DNA from: Syntrophales bacterium
GTDB lineage: Bacteria; Desulfobacterota; Syntrophia; Syntrophales; CG2-30-49-12
Direction of reading: 5' to 3'
Assembly (NCBI GenBank): GCA_041648505.1
Contig: JBAZOY010000001.1
Span: 79,540 to 143,539, forward strand
Length of the DNA stretch: 64,000 nt
Position 1 is the stretch's first letter; each line of letters begins with the position of its first letter. Below, piece by piece: positions 35,009-45,508 of the stretch. The notes under the pieces are model-generated. The model made no database searches, was not told the DNA's origin, and saw only the letters and a list, made by a program, of their open reading frames with translations. Position numbers and translations under genes: made by a program.

Positions 35009-35086
35009 GTCATTTCGAGAAGCGCTGGCGACGAGAAATTTAGATATTTTGAACTATTACAGATTTCTCACTTCGGTCGAAATGAC
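35009..35086. repeat. Long imperfect palindromic (REP-like) element / probable terminator
   Basis: GTCATTTCGA...GAGAAAT-(loop)-ATTTCTC...TCGAAATGAC, with a 10-bp outer stem and a 7-bp inner stem, just after the stop at 34985. Confidence 0.6.
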
Positions 35087-35240
35087 ATAATTAGCCGTTT
35101 TTCAAAGCTCTCTAATATTCAATGCCTAACAAGTTTAATTTTTTATTATATATTACAGAATGGTTACTGTCGTTATTTACCCGGTATTTTTGCATGTATC
35201 CCTAACGCCGGCAGTAACCCAGATGCAGAGCACACCGGTG

Positions 35241-36086
35241 TTAATCCGCGTAAACTGAATAACTGACTAAATTCTTGCCACCATTCTTTACCGAATACAT
35301 CAAATCATCAGCCTGCTTCATCAATTCGTCAGGCGTTTGTGGCGTTTAATACACGTTAACACACCAATAGAAAATGTCACGGGCCAGTCGTTTCTGTACA
35401 TTTCATCCAGAAGGCTGATTTGAATTTTAGAGATGGCGACCCGGGCTTGGACTTGGTCGGTTTCAGGTAATAGAAAGGCAAACTCATCCCCGCCCAACCG
35501 TGCGACAATATCCATTTTTCTCAAGTGGGTCTTGGCATATCTGACGACCGTGCAGAGAACATTATCACCCATACTATGACCAAAACGGTCATTAACGGTC
35601 TTGAAATTATCAAGGTCAAAATAGGTTACCGTAAACGGGTGTTTGTGTCTTTGAGAGCGTTCAATCTCCATCTGCACCAACTCTAAAGAAGAAACGCGCA
35701 TTAACAGCACCGGTCAAATTATCAATGCGCGCTAACTCCTTTTCTTGTTCAAGTGCTTTTCTCAAGGCTGACAAAAGTAACGTCACAATAATAAAGAAGC
35801 CAAACCTGATTGTACTGTTCCAACAGTAAACGGCAGGGTGCGAATAACGATGTCCTGATGCAATATCAGCGGTAAACCAAACAATGCTACTGACGATAGA
35901 GGCCGTAACTCCAAAGCGTCTGCCCGCAAACCAGGTAACCAAAGCTATGGGAAACAGGTAAAATAAAGAAAACCCTATCTCATATCCTATCAGGAAATCA
36001 CTAACACCGATCCCTATTATAAGAACAGTTCCTGTTATCGCCCAAAAGAATTTATTCTGTTTCTCGAGCCTTGCAACTATATTCAT
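35241..36086 (-). pseudogene. Membrane-anchored GGDEF diguanylate cyclase disrupted by two frameshifts
   Basis: Three consecutive frames together read a 4-5 TM N-terminus, then DNLTGAVNARFF | LELVQMEIERSQRHKHPFTVTYFDLDNFKTVNDRFGH..GD...ARLGGDEFAFLL...FSIGVLTCI | TPQTPDELMKQADDLMYSVKNGGKN. The shifts sit in a TTCTTCTTT run (~35685-35693) and an AAA run (~35345-35347). Confidence 0.8.
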
Positions 36087-36169
36087 TGCTGTTTACACTT
36101 CCTGTAGACACAAATTGAAGATATCGAGCGAGCAATAATTATACGGCTTGTATAGACGAATGGACATTC

Positions 36170-36955
36170 CTAGTGCATGATACTTTTTCTTACCTTTTCC
36201 ACAATTCTTGACATAACTTCCCCTGCCGAATCGTTAATGATAACATCAGAAGTGCTGTCATAGGGCGTGGGAGAGTTATTGATGATCACCAGTTTGGCCC
36301 CTGCCCTCTTGGCATAAGCGGGCATATAAGCCGCGGGGTAGACAACAAGGGATGACCCGATAACGATCAGAAGTTCACAAGTGCTGGAGTAGTGGGTCGC
36401 ATTTGTCAGCGTCTCTTCAGGAAGGGTCTCACCGAAGAAAACCGCATCGGGTTTCAAAATACCCTGACAATCTTCACACTCGTAAGCAGCAATCTTCTCC
36501 ATTAATTTCTTTTTGATCTCTTCCAGTGGATAGCGTCTATCGCAACTGAGACACTTCACCCACTGCATGTTGCCGTGTAACTCGTATACCTTTTCCGGAT
36601 TGCTTCCCGCCTTCTGATGGAGGTTATCTACGTTCTGAGTAATAACACAACTCAACTTCCCCATCTTTTCCAAATCGGCAATGGCATAGTGTGCCTTATT
36701 CGGTTTGACATCAGAAAGCAAACCGCTTTCAAATAAGTGGCTCCACAATCTTTTCCGTATCTCCGGAGACCGCAAAAAATTACCGATGGTAAAATCATCG
36801 GGATCCACTTTAGTCCACAACCCATCCGGGCCACGAAAATCAGGAATACCGGATTCCGTGCTGATACCGGCTCCCGTAAACACCACTATCTTCCTGGCTT
36901 TTACAATCATATCCGCTACCATTTTAATTTTTTCATCTAACGGTTCATAAGCCAT
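36170..36955 (-). CDS. cobB: NAD-dependent protein deacylase (Sir2/CobB family)
   Basis: GAGISTESGIPDFRG, QNVDNLH and a Zn ribbon CLSC...CEDC. Confidence 0.88.
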   Translation of the reverse strand: MAYEPLDEKIKMVADMIVKARKIVVFTGAGISTESGIPDFRGPDGLWTKVDPDDFTIGNFLRSPEIRKRLWSHLFESGLLSDVKPNKAHYAIADLEKMGKLSCVITQNVDNLHQKAGSNPEKVYELHGNMQWVKCLSCDRRYPLEEIKKKLMEKIAAYECEDCQGILKPDAVFFGETLPEETLTNATHYSSTCELLIVIGSSLVVYPAAYMPAYAKRAGAKLVIINNSPTPYDSTSDVIINDSAGEVMSRIVEKVRKSIMH

Positions 36956-37060
36956 GCCGTATCCCCTTGATAACCTGATACATCAACTTGATCTAAATCT
37001 CCTTAATTCTATCTTTATTGCTCTGAATTTTGTGTTTTGGCCGGGATATAAGTCATACCC

Positions 37061-37843
37061 TTATTCCGGCGGAGATAGTAACCTGGCGTATTCCTCCATC
37101 ATCTCCGTCAAGCCCCCGGCATCTTTTTGATCAATCATGCTTTTCAGTTCAGACAGCGTTTCCTCGTACCAGCCGATGATCTTGCCTATGTCCGGATTCA
37201 TACTAATAATCTCGGCATACAGCCCCGGATTGTTAGTAAAAACCTTTTCCACAATCCCGAGTTTCGTCTGAAAAACAGGAGTGGCAAACCGGTTCAGTTC
37301 CGACAGGCTTACCCCTGTTTTGCCAAGTACCATACCCATGGTGATCGTGTTTAGATGGTTTAGTCCCTGAACAGTGGCCATCATCGCATCATGTTTTTCC
37401 GGCGAGGCTTCTACAACAAGGGCATCATTTTTTTCAAGGATCGCCTTCAGCCAGGAAAGCCATTTTGCTGTTCTCTCCGGGCACAGGACCACACGGTGTC
37501 CCACTATAGAAGCCACGTGAGGGCCGAAGAGAGGATGACATCCTATAACCTCTGAAACGGAAGTCCCAAGCATCGTCTTAACCGGTTCCACTTTAAGGGA
37601 AGTCAGGTCCATCAATAAAGATTCTTTTTTCATCAACGGCCCGACTTTTTCAATAACCTCCATGGTAACCCGTACCGGAACACTCACAATGACCACCTGG
37701 CAGGTACTTGCCATTTCTTCAAAACTCATTCCCGTAGTTCTTCCGGACACATGGACGGTATACCCCTCTCTGACGAAGAACTCGGCAAACCATTTCCCCA
37801 TCCCTCCGGTACCGCCAATGATTCCTATCTGAATATCGTTCAT
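37061..37843 (-). CDS. tyrA: Prephenate dehydrogenase
   Basis: Rossmann motif [15 protein letters not shown] followed by a PDH dimerisation domain. It overlaps the aroC stop by 4 nt. Confidence 0.8.
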   Translation of the reverse strand: MNDIQIGIIGGTGGMGKWFAEFFVREGYTVHVSGRTTGMSFEEMASTCQVVIVSVPVRVTMEVIEKVGPLMKKESLLMDLTSLKVEPVKTMLGTSVSEVIGCHPLFGPHVASIVGHRVVLCPERTAKWLSWLKAILEKNDALVVEASPEKHDAMMATVQGLNHLNTITMGMVLGKTGVSLSELNRFATPVFQTKLGIVEKVFTNNPGLYAEIISMNPDIGKIIGWYEETLSELKSMIDQKDAGGLTEMMEEYARLLSPPE

Positions 37844-38916
37844 CGTGTAATGGCTTTCTGTCTTAATAAGTGGTCTATCAGGACTATCCTGACCATGGCT
37901 TCACAGACAGGAACGATCCTCGGTATTACCGAAACATCGTGCCTTCCCTTGACAGACAGTTCCACCGGTTCCCCCTGTATATTAATGCTCTGCTGGACCT
38001 TTTCGATGGAAGATATCGGCTTGCAGGCCACCCGTATAACGATTTCATCGCCATTGGTAATACCCGCCAGTATCCCGCCGGCATTATTGGAAAGGAATCC
38101 CTGCGGCGTCATGGGGTCATTGGCCTGCGACCCGGTCATACCCGCAACGGCAAAGCCGGCTCCTATCTCCACACCCTTTACCGCACCGATACTCATAAGG
38201 GCACCGGCAAGATCGGCGTCCATCTTGTTAAAGACCGGCTCTCCCAAGCCCGGGGGGCAACCTCTGACGATGATCTCCACAATACCCCCCAATGAATCCC
38301 CGTTGAGCCTGGCTTCTTCCAATTTTGCCTCCATCTTTTTGCATGCTTCAGGATCGGGGCAGACCAGCCTGTTCTTATATAATTCCTCCGGGGAAAGCTT
38401 CCCGTAGGCAGAAAAAGACAGGGACACCGTAACACCGCCCAATGCCCTGGTATAGGCCAGGACTTCAATCCCTTCCTGTAAGAGCAACTTTCCGGCAATC
38501 GCCCCGGCCGCCACACGGGCTACAGTCTCCCGGCCGGAGGCGCGGCCTCCCCCCCTGTGATCACGGATACCGTACTTTTTAAAATAAGTGAAATCGCCCT
38601 GGCCGGGTCTGAAAACATCCCTGAGACTGTCATAGGCCCCGCTATTGGCATCCTTGTTATAGACAATCATAGAAATGGGAGTTCCTGTAGTCTTTCCCTC
38701 AAATGTACCTGAGAGAATCTCAACAACGTCCCCCTCTTTCCTGGGCGTGGCAGAAATGATTTGTCCCGGTTTTCTCCTGTCCAGATCTCTCTGTATATCC
38801 CCCTCTGAAAGTTCAATGCCTGGCGGACATCCTTCCACCACGGCACCAAGAGCTTTCCCGTGTGATTCACCCCAGGTAGTTACCTTAAAGAGAACACCTG
38901 TAGTACTTCCCGACAT
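37840..38916 (-). CDS. aroC: Chorismate synthase
   Basis: [24 protein letters not shown] and [18 protein letters not shown] signatures. Confidence 0.95.
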   Translation of the reverse strand: MSGSTTGVLFKVTTWGESHGKALGAVVEGCPPGIELSEGDIQRDLDRRKPGQIISATPRKEGDVVEILSGTFEGKTTGTPISMIVYNKDANSGAYDSLRDVFRPGQGDFTYFKKYGIRDHRGGGRASGRETVARVAAGAIAGKLLLQEGIEVLAYTRALGGVTVSLSFSAYGKLSPEELYKNRLVCPDPEACKKMEAKLEEARLNGDSLGGIVEIIVRGCPPGLGEPVFNKMDADLAGALMSIGAVKGVEIGAGFAVAGMTGSQANDPMTPQGFLSNNAGGILAGITNGDEIVIRVACKPISSIEKVQQSINIQGEPVELSVKGRHDVSVIPRIVPVCEAMVRIVLIDHLLRQKAITR

Positions 38917-39083
38917 TTTAACCTCTCCTTTTGTCTCCCGCCCTACCCTTCCGTTTGGCCGTACTTCCCGGGAAACAGGCAGATTTGCTCGACAACCTCG
39001 TCTTTATTCTCACTTACAATCTCAATTTAACTTAAATTTATGACATACACCTGTAAAAATTGCAAAAGTTAAAACCTGTAGTA

Positions 39084-39112
39084 ATACCAACTTCAAATCA
39101 AAGATGATTTCT
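39084..39112. repeat. Family B repeat end (partial copy B3)
   Basis: ATACCAACTTCAAATCAAAGATGATTTC resembles the left end of 24686-24740 and 45971-46096. Confidence 0.5.
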
Positions 39113-39172
39113 ACGGCTGATCCCCATTTTTCGTTTCGTGGTTTGTATGGCGAAGGGACGGAACGTTATTGC

Positions 39173-40123
39173 TTAACGATCAGTTTTAAGTGTCCCGATC
39201 AGATCGTTAATGTCCCTGATTTGATGTATCTTCAGATAATGGTCAATTCCTTCAATAATCTCCATTGTGGCACGGGAATTGACAAAATTTGCCGTGCCGA
39301 TCTGAACAGCACTCGCACCGACAATCAGGAACTCAATGGCATCATTTGCATCCATAATGCCCCCAATCCCGATGACAGGGATGGAGACCCTGTTGACAAC
39401 TTCCCAGACCATCCTCAGGGCAATCGGCTTTATTGCCGGCCCTGACAGTCCGCCGGTAATGTTTTTAAGGTGAGGTCTTCTCTGCTCAATATCAACAGAC
39501 ATGCCGGTTACGGTATTGATCAGGGAGACGGCATCAGCCCCTGCCGCCGCGACGCTTTCGGCAATTTCAGCAATATCCCTAACATTGGGAGTCAACTTGA
39601 CAATGACGGGAAGGTCTGTGACGGATTTCACCGCCCGCGTTACTTCATGAGCAGTATCAGGATCAGCGCCAAAAGCAATACCTCCCTTTTTGACGTTGGG
39701 ACAGGAAATATTGAGTTCCAGACCATGGACACCATCCGGCGTACTTAATATTTCGGCAACTTTTTTATATTCATCAATGGTTTCTCCATAGATGTTGACA
39801 ATGACAGTCATGTCGAACTGTCTCAGGAAGGGGAGTTTTCTATCAATGAAGGCTCTTACACCTACATTGTTCATCCCGATAGCGTTGAGCATCCCGCACG
39901 GGGTTTCCATAATTCGCGGCGGCGGGTTTCCCTCCCTCGGTTCAAGTGACAACCCTTTGACAATCAGGCCGCCTAAGCGGTTAAGGTCTATATACGGCAC
40001 GTACTCCTCGCCGTAACCGAAAGTCCCCGATGCCGCCATAACGGGATTCTTTAGGATCAGACCACCTATATCAACCGCCGTCAACGGTTCGTAATTATCC
40101 AGTTGATCAGTCCTACCTTTCAT
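39173..40123 (-). CDS. pyrD: Dihydroorotate dehydrogenase (class 1B) catalytic subunit
   Basis: [15 protein letters not shown] and NISCPN motifs. The start is moved to the internal Met (MKGRTDQ...), 13 nt after the pyrK stop. The longer listed ORF would overlap pyrK. Confidence 0.9.
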   Translation of the reverse strand: MKGRTDQLDNYEPLTAVDIGGLILKNPVMAASGTFGYGEEYVPYIDLNRLGGLIVKGLSLEPREGNPPPRIMETPCGMLNAIGMNNVGVRAFIDRKLPFLRQFDMTVIVNIYGETIDEYKKVAEILSTPDGVHGLELNISCPNVKKGGIAFGADPDTAHEVTRAVKSVTDLPVIVKLTPNVRDIAEIAESVAAAGADAVSLINTVTGMSVDIEQRRPHLKNITGGLSGPAIKPIALRMVWEVVNRVSIPVIGIGGIMDANDAIEFLIVGASAVQIGTANFVNSRATMEIIEGIDHYLKIHQIRDINDLIGTLKTDR

Positions 40124-40136
40124 CACAGACACCAGG

Positions 40137-40997
40137 TCAGCTCCAGATGATATCACGTATATTAAAAACGGGCCCGTCCTTACATACGTGCTTGTATTGA
40201 GGTTCGTTGTCCTTTGTACCGCCATGCGAGACGGATGTTTTATCACCTCTATCTTTTACATGTATTGCACAACCGAGACAGGCCCCGATACCACAGGCCA
40301 TACGCTCCTCTACCGATACCTGACAGGGAATGGGTTGACCATTCAGAACCTCGGCCAGCCGCCTCATCATGGGGGAAGGACCGCAGGCATAGACAACTGA
40401 ATTACCGCCTGTAAACGATTCCATGTCATCCGCCAGCAGTTCTGTAATGAAACCATGATGACCACTGCTGCCGTCATCGGTACTGATTCTCATTTCAGTT
40501 GAGAGCTCTTTCATTTTATCCGCCCCTACAAGTTGATCTGTACTCTTTGCACCCAGATAACTGATTATCTCCTGCTGATTACCTGTCGGGAGTTCCCTGT
40601 AATGAGAGGCAAGAAACGACAGGGGCGCAACACCGATTCCCCCCGCAAGAAGAACAATTTTTCTCATTTCCGGAAAGATATCAAATCCATGCCCCAGAGG
40701 ACCAAGAATCTCGATATATTCCCCTGCTTTCCGTCGGGAGAGAGCAAACGTGCCCTTCCCTGCGATTCTGTAGATCAGCTCAATTATCAGACTGTTTTCA
40801 TTACGATCAAATGTATAGACGCTGAGGGGTCTTCTCAGGAGGAGATCTCTTCCGTCCCTCACCCTTACCATGACGAACTGACCGGGTAGAGGCGTCGCCC
40901 ATGATACCGGAAGTCTTACGCGCATTAAAAAATGCTGCGCGATTAATTCCCGATTCAGGACGATTTCCCCAACTGAGGGGGACATGAGATCGCTCAT
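40137..40997 (-). CDS. pyrK: Dihydroorotate dehydrogenase electron-transfer subunit (FAD/2Fe-2S)
   Basis: FNR-like fold with RPLSV and GGIGVAPL, and a C-terminal C..GIGAC.GC cluster. Confidence 0.88.
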   Translation of the reverse strand: MSDLMSPSVGEIVLNRELIAQHFLMRVRLPVSWATPLPGQFVMVRVRDGRDLLLRRPLSVYTFDRNENSLIIELIYRIAGKGTFALSRRKAGEYIEILGPLGHGFDIFPEMRKIVLLAGGIGVAPLSFLASHYRELPTGNQQEIISYLGAKSTDQLVGADKMKELSTEMRISTDDGSSGHHGFITELLADDMESFTGGNSVVYACGPSPMMRRLAEVLNGQPIPCQVSVEERMACGIGACLGCAIHVKDRGDKTSVSHGGTKDNEPQYKHVCKDGPVFNIRDIIWS

Positions 40998-41009
40998 GAA
41001 GGATCTTCT

Positions 41010-41495
41010 TTAGATATCCCTCAGACATGCCCACATGATAAGGGCATCTTCCTTGGGATCAGTGTAATAGAACGGTCTTATTCCTTTGACCGTAAAGCCA
41101 AACTTTTCGTATAATTTTATGGCACTTTCATTAGAAGGGCGCACCTCAAGAGAAGCCCAGGCAACCCCTTCTTCACGGGAAATTCTGATCATCTCTGTGA
41201 CAAGCATTGAAGCAATCCCGGTCCTTCGCATTGTTTCCTTTACCGCAACATTGTGAAGGTGAACTTCCCCGGCAGCAATCCAGAGATTGATATAACCGAC
41301 AATTTCTTTCCCCCGCGCTCCCCGTATCTTAGCCACCATATTATGTGACACGGGTGAATATAATTCCTGCACAAATATGCTCTTTGACCAGGGCGCAGGA
41401 AATGAAGCCCGTTCGATAGATAAAACCTCCTCCAGGTCCTCCCATGTCATGTTTGTAATCTCAATGGCTTCTAACTGTCTCTGTTTAGCTATCAA
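41010..41495 (-). CDS. rimI: Ribosomal-protein-alanine N-acetyltransferase (GNAT)
   Basis: GNAT motif A (VAVKETMRRTGIASML). Size and pattern match RimI. Confidence 0.75.
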   Translation of the reverse strand: MIAKQRQLEAIEITNMTWEDLEEVLSIERASFPAPWSKSIFVQELYSPVSHNMVAKIRGARGKEIVGYINLWIAAGEVHLHNVAVKETMRRTGIASMLVTEMIRISREEGVAWASLEVRPSNESAIKLYEKFGFTVKGIRPFYYTDPKEDALIMWACLRDI

Positions 41496-41601
41496 TTTTT
41501 CTACTTAAATTTTTAGAAGTTTAATCTGAAGATTTATAATTAATCCGTAGCTGAAAAATCTCTGCCATCAAATGGTTTACACACCTCACCGTAAACGCTA
41601 T

Positions 41602-42012
41602 TTACGGTGAGGTTGTTAATAAATCACTGGCCAAGTATATATTCTTCTTGCCGTATTCTTTAATATAACAGGCAAACTCATTCAGATTCATTTCTTTTTT
41701 TCTCGCATCGGAAAGCTTAAGCAGCATGGGAAGATTAACTCCGGTAACTACCTCTACCTTTCCTTCTTTAAGAAAGGAGAGAGAAATATTAGAAGGGGTA
41801 CCTCCAAAAAGATCCGTCAGAATCAAAACACCCTGTCCCTGATCCAGCTTCTTTATCGAGACATTGATTTTCTTCTTCAAATCCTCCGCACTCTTCGTCT
41901 TATCAACTGAGATACAAAGCACAGACTGCTTCGGCTTGCCTTCGATTAATTCAGTCGCTAGTAACAGCTCATTTCCTAAGTCTCCATGAGTCGTAATAAG
42001 CACACCTATCAT
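41602..42012 (-). CDS. PTS EIIA component, mannose/fructose family
   Basis: MIGVLITTHGDLGNELL with the phospho-His region. The start is set at the internal Met preceded by a G-rich RBS. A perfect 12-bp hairpin overlaps the stop codon. Confidence 0.8.
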   Translation of the reverse strand: MIGVLITTHGDLGNELLLATELIEGKPKQSVLCISVDKTKSAEDLKKKINVSIKKLDQGQGVLILTDLFGGTPSNISLSFLKEGKVEVVTGVNLPMLLKLSDARKKEMNLNEFACYIKEYGKKNIYLASDLLTTSP

Positions 42013-42092
42013 CCTTTGACCCCCCCCCGTGCCGTTTAGCATAATAAAATAATCGATCGTTGACCGGTTGTCAAGGTTTCGTTCTTTCCTTC

Positions 42093-42121
42093 TTGACAGA
42101 TAACCTGCCTTTATCTATAAA
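42093..42121 (+). promoter_or_regulatory. Sigma-70-type promoter candidate for the NUDIX gene
   Basis: TTGACA-17 nt-TATAAA. Confidence 0.45.
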
Positions 42122-42247
42122 AAAGCTAAAGTTACTCACTGTGAAACATTCACAAAAAACCGCGAAAATTAAACATGGCAAGCAAAGAACAGCAAGCAGG
42201 AACCGTCGAAATATCTTCAAAAATTTAACGGCTACGGATATCACATT

Positions 42248-42694
42248 ATGACAGTAAAGGTCAAAAATCTCTGTCCTAACTGCGGCACAGAAATAGAATG
42301 CTATCGCAACCCTTTCCCCACCGCGGATATTATTATCGAGTTGGATGAGACAGGTATCGTTCTTATCAAACGGAAAAATCCCCCACATGGATGGGCCATT
42401 CCCGGAGGGTTTGTTGACTATGGAGAATCCCTTGAAGAAGCAGCCGTAAGAGAAGCTAAAGAGGAGACAGGCCTGGATGTTATCCTCCTTAAACAACTGC
42501 ACACATACTCAAGGCCGGACAGAGACCCTCGGCATCATACAATCACCACCGTCTTTATTGCCAGGGCAAGCGGTACCCCTGCCGCCGCCGCCGATGCCGC
42601 AGAAATTGGTATATTCACAAAGGAAAACCTACCATCTCCACTTATGTTCGACCACAAACAGATATTGGCAGATTATTTTAACCAGAGGTTATAG
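42248..42694 (+). CDS. NUDIX hydrolase with N-terminal zinc ribbon
   Basis: CPNCG...C and the NUDIX box [23 protein letters not shown]. Confidence 0.88.
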   Translation: MTVKVKNLCPNCGTEIECYRNPFPTADIIIELDETGIVLIKRKNPPHGWAIPGGFVDYGESLEEAAVREAKEETGLDVILLKQLHTYSRPDRDPRHHTITTVFIARASGTPAAAADAAEIGIFTKENLPSPLMFDHKQILADYFNQRL

Positions 42695-42785
42695 CCCGAA
42701 AAATATTCACGTTTATTTTTAGAGGGAGTGATTTCAGCAAATTTCGGCTTAAAAGTGAGAGAGTCAAAGGCTTATCTGATGCCCG

Positions 42786-43253
42786 TTAACCGACTATATA
42801 AGTACCTGTCCCCACGGCAATGAGCAAATCGTCCTGATTTCTGAGTTCCATCCGGGTCACGGCTACTTTTTTTCCTGTCCGCATAATAGTGGCGGTGGAC
42901 AGAAATTCAGTGCCCCTGCCGGGTCTGAGAAAATCTACACGTACGTCAATGGTACCCATTCTGGCGACCCGCCGTGCAATTTCTTTATACGAAAGCCCCA
43001 GCATCTTCCCTACGGCAGAGGCGGTTATTGTTATGCCGCCGGTGGCATCTAACGCCGCAGAGATAACACCGCCGTGCAGAATACCGTGGATGGGATTGCC
43101 GACAAATTCATCTTTCATGGGAAATCTAAACCCTGCTCCGTCGGTTCTCAGATAATCAACTTTCAACCCCAGAAATCGGTTGAAAGGCATCTTTTCATGC
43201 ACTTTCGCAATGGCTTCAAGCAGGGATTTTATATCTGTCTTAGGTTCGTCCAT
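42786..43253 (-). CDS. Hotdog-fold thioesterase (PaaI family)
   Basis: NPIHGILHGGVISAALDATGG motif. Confidence 0.8.
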   Translation of the reverse strand: MDEPKTDIKSLLEAIAKVHEKMPFNRFLGLKVDYLRTDGAGFRFPMKDEFVGNPIHGILHGGVISAALDATGGITITASAVGKMLGLSYKEIARRVARMGTIDVRVDFLRPGRGTEFLSTATIMRTGKKVAVTRMELRNQDDLLIAVGTGTYIVG

Positions 43254-43293
43254 TGGTACTTCCGGTTTTCAATTCAATCCTTTTATACCTTTT

Positions 43294-43522
43294 TCACTTT
43301 TTACAGGTAACGATATCACTGGTCAGCTTTCGGCGGCCAAGCCGGGAGAAACATGCCTTGTGCATAATGGCGTCATAGGAGCGGGTTCTGGGAAGGCCAT
43401 GATGGATATGTGCAGGAGTGCAAACATCCTTGTGGTCTGGTACCAGGTCCCCTGCCCAAGGGATGAAGCGCAAGAGGTACCACTGATAGAGGTCATTTTT
43501 TGGTAAAAATTTCCTTTTTCAT
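43294..43522 (-). pseudogene. Small conserved-looking ORF interrupted by a 1-nt frameshift in an A6 run (or assembly error)
   Basis: The minus strand reads ATG AAA AAG GAA ATT TTT ACC AAA AAA TGA, and the long open frame (…NDLYQWYLLRFIPWAGDLVPDHKDVCTPAHIHHGLPRTRSYDAIMHKACFSRLGRRKLTSDIVTCKK*) continues in the +1 frame with no start codon of its own. Confidence 0.35.
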
Positions 43523-43763
43523 GGCGGAATTATAGGGAGAACAAATCTGCATGTCAATGAAATACTGTTCATAACATATGAGGTGCGACGAGATGACCAC
43601 TGATGTCAATAGTGGACACAAAATATTTTCATGCTGCTGACTGTCTCCCATAGAAACTTTTCTCATACATAACCTGCAAGGATTGAAACGACCTTGTCAG
43701 GATCGTCTCAATCCTTATTTTGTCAGGCATCCTGTTGGTACGGTCTGATCAATTCATATTTCA

Positions 43764-44495
43764 TTAGCTTACTTGAATTAGGACAACAGTTGCCATACGT
43801 CCCGCAAGCCTGCCGTCTCGCCGAGCTGAATGGAAGCGCTGATCCCGATACGTGCACCAACCACCCCCGGTGATTGCGGCACGCTCGACACCGGCACTTG
43901 TGAGTTGGAGCCTGGCTAACTCATAAATGTCACACAGATATCTGTCTTTCTCACCTCTAACGAACGCAGCCGAATTATTGCTGTCTTGATTAACGAATGC
44001 CTCGAAGACTTCAGGTCCAACTTCAAAACTGTCTGGTCCAATTGCAGGCCCCAACCATACTGCCACATCTGACCCTGGACGCTGTACGGCAGCCAGGGTT
44101 TTTAGCAGCACTCCAGCGTGCAGGCTCCGCCAACCAGCATGGGCAACACCGACACGGTGACCATCTGTGGCCGCAAAGACAACAGGCAAACAGTCCGCCG
44201 ACCTTACAGCGCAAATCACACCCGGAGTTGATGTCACTGCAGCATCTCCCTGATGGGTTTGATCGAATGGAAGTTCCAGCACGTCGCTCATATGAACTTG
44301 ATCCAGCCAGTGAATCGGTGCTACTGGCTCAAGAGACTTTTCCAGGAGAGCCCGACAATGAACTGAATCGTCAGACGTTTCTAAAAAGGAAACCAACTTA
44401 TCGCCTGACCGTGCCAGAGTTGTGAAAGCACAAATCGAAGTCAGTCTGGGCCAAGATGGTGCAACTACACTGAACCCTTTGTATTCTGAGATCAA
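43764..44495 (-). CDS. pgeF: YfiH/PgeF-family (laccase-domain) peptidoglycan editing factor
   Basis: L.QVH...V, DA..T...G...AV..ADC.PV, GV.HAGWR and C.T....FHS.RRD motifs are present. Confidence 0.85.
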   Translation of the reverse strand: MISEYKGFSVVAPSWPRLTSICAFTTLARSGDKLVSFLETSDDSVHCRALLEKSLEPVAPIHWLDQVHMSDVLELPFDQTHQGDAAVTSTPGVICAVRSADCLPVVFAATDGHRVGVAHAGWRSLHAGVLLKTLAAVQRPGSDVAVWLGPAIGPDSFEVGPEVFEAFVNQDSNNSAAFVRGEKDRYLCDIYELARLQLTSAGVERAAITGGGWCTYRDQRFHSARRDGRLAGRMATVVLIQVS

Positions 44496-44686
44496 TTCAT
44501 TGTCTCCTCGAAAGCAGTAACGATTTTGTCAGCGTCCTTTGCATGCGAAACAAATGTTGTTTCCTCTGTATTTGAAGTCTTCAATATCCTTTTTCCGACG
44601 TACCGCCCGTCATCAGGCCGCCGTCCCGCAGTTCGCTCAGTAGATCACGCATGGCTGTCCCTTCCCATACCCGGGACGAGTGCCCT

Positions 44687-44884
44687 TCAGGACCTCAGGA
44701 TTTCTTTCACCCGGCCGACGATGCCACCCTCCAGGCACACTTTGATGCCGTGGGGGTGGTGGGGAGATTTGGTAAGAATATCCCGGACGATGCCTTCTGT
44801 AAGCGCACCGGTTCGCTGATCCTGCTTTTGGACCACCTTCACCCGCACACCGGCTGAAATATCAGATCGGTTTTGTCCATTCAT
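44687..44884 (-). CDS. ywbE: YwbE-family small protein
   Basis: MNGQNRSDISAGVRVKVVQKQDQRTGALTEGIVRDILTKSPHHPHGIKVCLEGGIVGRV. The start is set at the internal Met. Confidence 0.8.
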   Translation of the reverse strand: MNGQNRSDISAGVRVKVVQKQDQRTGALTEGIVRDILTKSPHHPHGIKVCLEGGIVGRVKEILRS

Positions 44885-44987
44885 GGAGATATCTCCTCTG
44901 CTGCCGGACACGCCCCCCCAAAGAAAATTGTCCCGCATATTTCCCGGAGTTGGAGCCGGTTTTCCCGATATTACAAGTCTGAAGAGA

Positions 44988-45359
44988 TCATCTCTTCATT
45001 GGAATGATTTCGATCCAGTAATCGTCCGGATCATTGATGAAGTAGATGCCCATAGCCTTATTCTCATAACAGATGCACCCCATTTCTTCGTGAAGATTGT
45101 GGGCGGCTGCGAAATCATCAACCTTAAAGGCCAGGTGAAATTCATTATCGCCAAGGTTGTAAGGATCTTGACGGTCTTTAAGCCAGGTTAGTTCAAGCTG
45201 GTGTGGCGTTTGGCCATCTCCGAGAAAGACTATAATGAAACTGCCGTCCGGGGCTTCAACACGCCTCTGCTCGACAAGTTGCAGGGCATCCTTGTAGAAG
45301 GCCAGACTTTTCTTCAAATCAAGGACATTGAAATTATTGTGGGCGAAAGTAAATTGCAT
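44988..45359 (-). CDS. VOC-family protein (glyoxalase I-like)
   Basis: FAHNNFNVLDLKKSLAFY...HLELTW...FHLAF...DPDDYWIEII pattern. Confidence 0.8.
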   Translation of the reverse strand: MQFTFAHNNFNVLDLKKSLAFYKDALQLVEQRRVEAPDGSFIIVFLGDGQTPHQLELTWLKDRQDPYNLGDNEFHLAFKVDDFAAAHNLHEEMGCICYENKAMGIYFINDPDDYWIEIIPMKR

Positions 45360-45508
45360 AGTCTTTAATCCTTTACCGTTAAATATGGTTTTAACGGACC
45401 TTGAACACTACAGATCATCAGGCCGATTGGCATCATAACAGCTTTATTCCCCTGTCGCAATCGAATGAACAGGGAAGTTTTAAGGTGCTGTTTTTCTTTT
45501 CCCATGGT

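Noticed and set aside
34991-35266. 91-aa ORF starting ISRSAGDEKFR
   Set aside because: It is a translation of the 78-nt palindromic element and AT-rich spacer, with no RBS.
41545-41560. 16-nt exact repeat AATCCGTAGCTGAAAA, also at 53445-53460
   Set aside because: It is probably part of degenerate Family A arms (compare GGCGCTCAAAAATCT). It is too short to call as a separate regulatory motif without genome-wide statistics.
43661-43722. CRISPR-like sequence ...ACCTGCAAGGATTGAAAC followed by GTCTCAATCCTT (a typical repeat-end ATTGAAAC motif)
   Set aside because: There is only one occurrence. The two halves form a simple 9-bp inverted repeat (AAGGATTGA...TCAATCCTT). There is no repeat-spacer periodicity and no cas genes in the window.
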